From an uncultured Gemmatimonadales bacterium (GTDB taxonomy: Bacteria; Gemmatimonadota; Gemmatimonadetes; Longimicrobiales; RSA9), in NCBI GenBank assembly GCA_963783305.1, contig CAWAMW010000006.1, positions 64,001 to 128,000 on the forward strand: a stretch of DNA of 64,000 bases. Reading direction: 5' to 3'. The notes beneath the pieces were generated by a model. It had not been told where the DNA came from, made no database searches, and saw only the letters and a list, made by a program, of their open reading frames with translations. The position numbers were made by a program, and so were the translations under genes. Of this stretch, positions 58,987-64,000 are shown piece by piece. The number at the start of each line of letters is the position of its first letter. Position 1 is the first letter of the stretch.

Positions 58987-59738
58987 TGCGGCTGGCTTTG
59001 AGCTCGGCGGCTGCGCCCGACGCTCCGTTCGTCGAGCTGCTGGAGGCGGCGGCCCGCCGGGGACTGGCCGCCGTGGAGCTCGTGGATGCGCACGGCAATG
59101 GACACGGCATTTCCCCGGGTCTGATCGGCACCGCTGCGATTGCGCGCGCCGTCGAGCGCGCGCGGGAGGAGGGGCTCGCTATCGCGGGATTCCGACTCCT
59201 CGGCCCGCCGGCCCCTGTGGCCGGCACCGAGATCCGCGTGCTCGAGCGGTTCGCGCGCGCCCTTCGTGCTCCGCTGCTGGTCCCGCTCGAGGCGTCGTTG
59301 GATCGCGGCGTTGCCGGAATGGCGGCTCTGCGCGAGGCCGCCGTGGATGCGCGGCCGATCCTGCCCGCGGCGCGCGCCCTCGAGGCACTGGACGTCCTCG
59401 ATGGGTCCGTCCCGGAGATCGATCTTGCATGGGACGCCGACCCGCGCGTGGGGGACCTGGGGGAGCTCGGGTCGGCACTGCTCTCACGGGTGGGACGGCG
59501 GCTCAGACACGTGGTCCTGCGGGGCGGCGGCCCGGAGGCCACGGAGCAGGAGGGCCGTGGCGTGGGGTCGCTCATGGTGCGCCTGGCCGTGAGCGGCTAC
59601 GACGGCACCATCGCCCTGGCACCCAGCTCCGCGCGCTACCGGGTTATCTGGGATGCGTGGCTCGGCCGGAAGGGTGGGTGGGGGTGCGGGAGCCGGTCGG
59701 AGGACCGGACACTGGTGACGCTGGGAGGAGGACAATGA
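58986..59738 (+). CDS. Degenerate sugar-phosphate isomerase/xylose-isomerase-like TIM barrel, ending in GWGCGS
   Basis: MRLALSS......ELLEAA...GL.AVEL, LAWD, HVVL.G, L..SGYDG.I.L pattern; several metal ligands appear to be lost. Confidence 0.55.
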   Translation: MRLALSSAAAPDAPFVELLEAAARRGLAAVELVDAHGNGHGISPGLIGTAAIARAVERAREEGLAIAGFRLLGPPAPVAGTEIRVLERFARALRAPLLVPLEASLDRGVAGMAALREAAVDARPILPAARALEALDVLDGSVPEIDLAWDADPRVGDLGELGSALLSRVGRRLRHVVLRGGGPEATEQEGRGVGSLMVRLAVSGYDGTIALAPSSARYRVIWDAWLGRKGGWGCGSRSEDRTLVTLGGGQ

Positions 59739-59992
59739 CGAGTCTGGACGTGAGGCCGGTCCCGCCGAAGGACCGCTACGACCGTATCATCGGCACGTAC
59801 GAGGCGCTGCCGGTCGGCAGCCAGATGGAGTTGCTGGTGGACCATGATCCCACCTGCATGTACTACACGCTCAAGGCTACCCGCGGGGACTCCGCTTTCC
59901 AGTTCGACTACCTGGAGAGCGGCCCCGAGATCTGGCGCGTGCGCGTGAGGAAGCTGCTGGACGTCGAGGAGCGGGAGCCGCTTCTGCCCTAG
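59735..59992 (+). CDS. DUF2249 domain protein (Cys-containing variant)
   Basis: GGAGGAGG RBS, ATGA overlap; [13 protein letters not shown]...[24 protein letters not shown]. Confidence 0.88.
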   Translation: MTSLDVRPVPPKDRYDRIIGTYEALPVGSQMELLVDHDPTCMYYTLKATRGDSAFQFDYLESGPEIWRVRVRKLLDVEEREPLLP

Positions 59993-60008
59993 GCTCTCGC
60001 AGCCGGGG

Positions 60009-61463
60009 TCACGCCGCGGATGCGGTCCGGTCGTTGTCGCAGTGCCCGCACGACTCCACGTCCCCGGCATCCTGTCCGAAGTACTCCCGCACGAACCGCG
60101 TCCGGCAGCGCGCGTTCCTGCAGTACGAGACCATGGCGTCCAGCTTCTCCCGGTCCGCCTGGCCACGCGCTTCGTAGTCCGTGAGCTGCTCCTGGAGGTC
60201 CGTCTCCGTCACGTCCTCCACCCGGCGCTCCCAGCCATCCCCCCGATACTCGCCCACCGCGCCCTTCCGCTTAAGCAGCGTGAGGAGGATGCGGGTCTTC
60301 CGGACCGGTACGTCCGCGGACGTCGCAATGTCTTCGAGCGACAGCGCCTCCCCGCCGTGCAGTCCGTTCATCACGCGGGCGACCTGGGCCGCCTCGGCGA
60401 GCGAAGGATACCTGCCGCCGAGGAAGTAGCTCTGGATGCGGCGATCCTCCTCTCGGTAGAGGAGGACGCAGCGCGCCCTCTTCCCGTCCCGTCCGGCCCG
60501 ACCGATTTCCTGGTAATACGCCTCCAGCGACCCTGGCAGGTGGTAGTGGATCACGAACCGGATGTCCGGCTTGTCGATGCCGAGCCCGAATGCGTTCGTC
60601 GCGAACACCGCTTTCACCCGCCCGGCCATGAAGGCGTCCTGCGCTTCACGTCGCTGCTTGCCCGTCCGCTGACCGTGGTAGAGCGCCAGGTCGTACTCCT
60701 TTCCCATCTCCTCGAACAGCCGCTCGGCCTCCTTGACCGTGGCGAAGTAGACGATGCCGGTCCCGTCGGTCTCGTCCAGGATCCGCTCCAGCGCTTCCCG
60801 TTTCCGCTCCTCATTCACCGTTCGCTCCAGCTCGAGATGGAGGTTCGGGCGGATGAGGTCGAAATCGAGGTGGTGGGGATCGCGCAGGCCGAGCTGGTCA
60901 CTGATGTCCCGCTGCACGTCGGCGGTGGCGGTGGCCGTGAGCGCGAGGATGGGCGGCCGCCCCAGTCGCTCGGCGACGGATCCGAGCGTCATGTAGTCGG
61001 GCCGGAAATCGTGACCCCACTGCGATATGCAGTGGGCCTCATCCACCACGAACAGGCTCACCTTCCGGTCCATGAGAAGGTCGAAGAACTCCCGGTCCCG
61101 GAACCGCTCCGGCGCCACGTAGAGGATCTCGCCGCCGCCGCCTCCCAGCTGCTCTCGCACGGCCCGCTGTTCGCTGACCCTCAGCGCCGAGTGCACCGCC
61201 AGCGCCTCGACCCCGGCCTTCCGCAGCTTGTCCTGCTGGTCCTTCATCAGCGCGATGAGCGGGGACACCACCACCGTCAGGCCCTGCAGGAGCACGGCCG
61301 GGAGCTGGTACATCAGCGACTTCCCGGAGCCCGTCGGCAGGACGACCATGGCGTCCCGACCCTCGAGTACCGCCCGTATGACTTGCTGCTGCCCCGGCAG
61401 AAAGGCCTCGTGGCCGAAGCGGTCGCGCAGCGTGTCTTTCAGCGACTCACCCGTGCTGCTCAT
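60009..61463 (-). CDS. recQ: RecQ-family DNA helicase (short, no HRDC)
   Basis: [57 protein letters not shown]-terminal CR...YFG...CGHCDN. Confidence 0.93.
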   Translation of the reverse strand: MSSTGESLKDTLRDRFGHEAFLPGQQQVIRAVLEGRDAMVVLPTGSGKSLMYQLPAVLLQGLTVVVSPLIALMKDQQDKLRKAGVEALAVHSALRVSEQRAVREQLGGGGGEILYVAPERFRDREFFDLLMDRKVSLFVVDEAHCISQWGHDFRPDYMTLGSVAERLGRPPILALTATATADVQRDISDQLGLRDPHHLDFDLIRPNLHLELERTVNEERKREALERILDETDGTGIVYFATVKEAERLFEEMGKEYDLALYHGQRTGKQRREAQDAFMAGRVKAVFATNAFGLGIDKPDIRFVIHYHLPGSLEAYYQEIGRAGRDGKRARCVLLYREEDRRIQSYFLGGRYPSLAEAAQVARVMNGLHGGEALSLEDIATSADVPVRKTRILLTLLKRKGAVGEYRGDGWERRVEDVTETDLQEQLTDYEARGQADREKLDAMVSYCRNARCRTRFVREYFGQDAGDVESCGHCDNDRTASAA

Positions 61464-61521
61464 AGCCCCCGTCAGCCCCGGATGCTGTCGGCGATGGCAT
61501 CCGGTTGGTCCTCGGGGAGGG

Positions 61522-61818
61522 TCACTCGAGGCCCTTCGGGTATCTGCCGCGCACCTTCTTCCAGCCCGCGGCCGCGCCTCGCTGCGCCATTAGACGGCCC
61601 AGTCCCACGGCGATCCCCGAAGCCACCGTCCAGGCCAGAGCCTCGCCCCAGTCCACGGACCGCGCCGCCGGGTTCTCCGGCGGCTCCTCCCGCTTCACCA
61701 TCTCCCAGCCGCTCTCCAGCACGTTGCGAACGGCCACGGCCGTCAGGCCCGCGCTCACCAGAGCCACGATGTTCCAGGCCCTCTCCTCACCGCCCGCGAT
61801 ATCCGCCAGAAATGCCAT
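61522..61818 (-). CDS. DUF4235-like small membrane protein
   Basis: W......EPPENP....V.W.EALAW...SG...GL.R..A.RGAA..W motif; GGAGAGGG RBS. Confidence 0.8.
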   Translation of the reverse strand: MAFLADIAGGEERAWNIVALVSAGLTAVAVRNVLESGWEMVKREEPPENPAARSVDWGEALAWTVASGIAVGLGRLMAQRGAAAGWKKVRGRYPKGLE

Positions 61819-61931
61819 TCCCTCTCCCTCTCTCGCAGTTGCGTTGCGGTGATCCAGGGAGCAAAGGTGGTGCCGCGACGTTGGCCGGTCCCGCCATTCC
61901 GGTGCCCCGAACGGCCCCCCATTCTGGACCC

Positions 61932-63731
61932 ATGACGACAACGCGCCCGTCCCTCCGCTCGCCCGCCGCCGCACGCGCGGTCCTCCAGGACCACTTCGGA
62001 TTCCCCGATTTCCGCCCCGGTCAGGATCGTGCGGTCCGGAGCATCCTTGCGGGACGGGATGTCCTCGTTCTCATGCCTACCGGCGGTGGCAAGAGTCTCT
62101 GTTTCCAGGTGCCGGCCCAGGTCGGGGGTGGCCTCACGCTGGTGGTCAGCCCGCTCATCTCCCTCATGATGGACCAGGTCGAGGGTCTGAATCGCGCTGG
62201 GATTCCGGCCACGTTCGTGAACTCCACACTGGACGCCGCGGAGTCTCGACGCCGTCTGGATACGGTGGCGGCCGGTGAGGTACGGCTCCTCTACGTGGCG
62301 CCAGAGCGTTTCGCGAGTCGAGGCTTCATGGACTGGCTCGATCGACTCGAGGTGGGACTGTTCGTCATCGATGAGGCGCACTGCATAAGCCAGTGGGGCC
62401 ATGACTTCCGCCCCAGCTACATGAAGCTGGGCGCCGTCCGGGACCGGCTCGGCTGCCCCACGATGGCGCTGACCGCCACGGCCACTCCGGAAGTGAAGGA
62501 CGACATCATCGGGCAGGTCCGTCTTCGGAACCCCATCGTGGTGGCGAAGGGCTTCGACCGGCCCAACCTCCGCTGGCACGTCCTGTCCGCCGCCAACGAC
62601 GCCGAGAAGGACGAGCTGCTGGTGCGCCTGCTGTCGGACCGGAAAAACGGCGGTGGGGACGGGAGCGCCATCGTATACGCCACCACTCGCAAGAGTGTGG
62701 ATGCAGTGACCCATTTCCTGAACCGACGCGGGGTGACGGCCGGCGGCTACCACGCGGGGATCGGAGGAGGCGAGCGACAGCGGCTCCAGGAACGGTTCAT
62801 GAACGGCCGGCTGCGGGTGATCGTCGCGACGAACGCCTTTGGCATGGGGATCGACAAGCCCGACGTCCGACGGGTGGTCCACTACAACACGCCGTCCACG
62901 CTGGAAGACTATTACCAGGAGAGCGGTCGGGCGGGACGGGACCGGGAACCGGCCGACTGCGTGCTCCTGCACGCGTACGCGGATCGCTTCACCAACCAGT
63001 TCCTGCTGGAGCAGGCCCATCCCGAGCAGAAGGTGGTGGAGTCGGTCGCGCGGCTGCTGCGGATGGCGACCGCAGGGTCTCTCGCCTTCCATGGTGGGCT
63101 CGTCCTCCTCCAGGGCGATCTCTTCCGACAGGCCGCCCGCCTGGCCGGTGGCGCGGGGCGGCTCGAGGCGGTGCTCCGGCTGCTCTCCTCGAACGGCGCC
63201 ATCGCCCGCGACGGTGCCGCCACCTCCGGCTCCTGGATCCGGGTGATCGCCACGCCCGCTCGGGCGGCTGAGGCGCTGGACCGGGAGCCCACCGCCCGCC
63301 TGCTCCTGGAAGCGGTCCGCTCGGCGCTGGATCCCGAAACCGCTCATCGCTGGGCGCCGCTCCCTCCCGAGGACCTGCTGCCCGCGGTGAGTCCCTCTGA
63401 CCGCGGCAGGATCCTCGACTCCCTCAAGGACCGTGGTCTCGTGGACTGGCGGCCTCGAGGGATGGGGGCCGCCTACCGCCTCCTCGAGCCAATCTCGCGG
63501 CCCGCGCTCGGCGTGGACTGGGAGCACGAGCGCAGAAAGCACCGCTCGGACCTGGACAAGATCCGCCGCATGCAGGGGTACGCGTACCAGCAGGGCTGCC
63601 GCCGGCGCTACATCCTCCGCTACTTCGGTGAGGATGCGCCCTGGCGCTGCGGCGGCTGCGACCGCTGTATTCCCACCGACCGCCGGATCGTCCCCGGGTG
63701 GCCCGCGCCTCGACGTCGCCGGCTCCGATGA
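61932..63731 (+). CDS. recQ: RecQ-family DNA helicase (second paralogue, with inserted helical region)
   Basis: [62 protein letters not shown]....CGGCDRC. Confidence 0.93.
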   Translation: MTTTRPSLRSPAAARAVLQDHFGFPDFRPGQDRAVRSILAGRDVLVLMPTGGGKSLCFQVPAQVGGGLTLVVSPLISLMMDQVEGLNRAGIPATFVNSTLDAAESRRRLDTVAAGEVRLLYVAPERFASRGFMDWLDRLEVGLFVIDEAHCISQWGHDFRPSYMKLGAVRDRLGCPTMALTATATPEVKDDIIGQVRLRNPIVVAKGFDRPNLRWHVLSAANDAEKDELLVRLLSDRKNGGGDGSAIVYATTRKSVDAVTHFLNRRGVTAGGYHAGIGGGERQRLQERFMNGRLRVIVATNAFGMGIDKPDVRRVVHYNTPSTLEDYYQESGRAGRDREPADCVLLHAYADRFTNQFLLEQAHPEQKVVESVARLLRMATAGSLAFHGGLVLLQGDLFRQAARLAGGAGRLEAVLRLLSSNGAIARDGAATSGSWIRVIATPARAAEALDREPTARLLLEAVRSALDPETAHRWAPLPPEDLLPAVSPSDRGRILDSLKDRGLVDWRPRGMGAAYRLLEPISRPALGVDWEHERRKHRSDLDKIRRMQGYAYQQGCRRRYILRYFGEDAPWRCGGCDRCIPTDRRIVPGWPAPRRRRLR

Positions 63732-63851
63732 GGGCTGCCGACGCTACCCCGTGTCGTAGCGCCTGGTCGGCTGATAGACTGACCTCCCACGCTCCACCGA
63801 TGCGGGGTGGGCGAACGCAGCCGAAGCCGGGAGATTCATGGGGGGACGCCG

Positions 63852-64000
63852 ATGAGGGAGGTGCCGGTCCTGGACCTGGTGGTCCTTCTGCTGTACCTCG
63901 CCGGAGTGATCGCCTGGGGGATCTGGAAGGGCAGGGGCGGCCGGACCGGCCGGGATTACTTCCTCGGGGACCGGAACATCCCCTGGCCCGCGGTGCTGCT
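63852..64000 (+). CDS. Sodium:solute symporter family protein, N-terminus only (runs off the right edge)
   Basis: MREVPVLDLVVLLLYLAGVIAWGIWKGRGGRTGRDYFLGDRNIPWPAVL, the typical SSS D...Y....G......DYFL..R..PW start. Confidence 0.75.
   Translation, partial: MREVPVLDLVVLLLYLAGVIAWGIWKGRGGRTGRDYFLGDRNIPWPAVL

Noticed and set aside
60042..61931. Apparent 1229-aa giant RecQ
   Set aside because: The N-terminal 630 aa is the antisense of the other recQ and DUF4235 genes; the real start is about 61932.

Overview
High-GC bacterial chromosomal window with about 55 genes. Gene content (ADOP-type permease, RsbRD_N-tailed kinase, lipoprotein subtilase, DUF5715) suggests Gemmatimonadota, but that is an inference. 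No rRNA, tRNA, CRISPR array or prophage was recognised. Highlights: (1) a probable selenoprotein, a DsbA/FrnE-like gene with an in-frame UGA in a UxxC motif that the ORF track splits, coupled to a rhodanese and a Cu/Zn-SOD-fold lipoprotein; (2) a cyanophycin-scavenging operon of secreted cyanophycinase, YfcC transporter and isoaspartyl dipeptidase; (3) an uncharacterised six-gene DUF2249/SufT/polytopic membrane protein operon with a palindromic operator over its promoter; (4) a shattered CarH-like (MerR/B12 photoreceptor) pseudogene facing a fasciclin gene across an intact 11-bp-periodic operator; (5) a Y1/RAYT-type transposase bracketed by palindromic inverted repeats; (6) an atypical type IA topoisomerase with C-terminal helical repeats, next to an ADP-ribosylglycohydrolase; (7) two divergent RecQ paralogues and further broken genes. 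All family assignments come from motif recognition by eye, not database searches.
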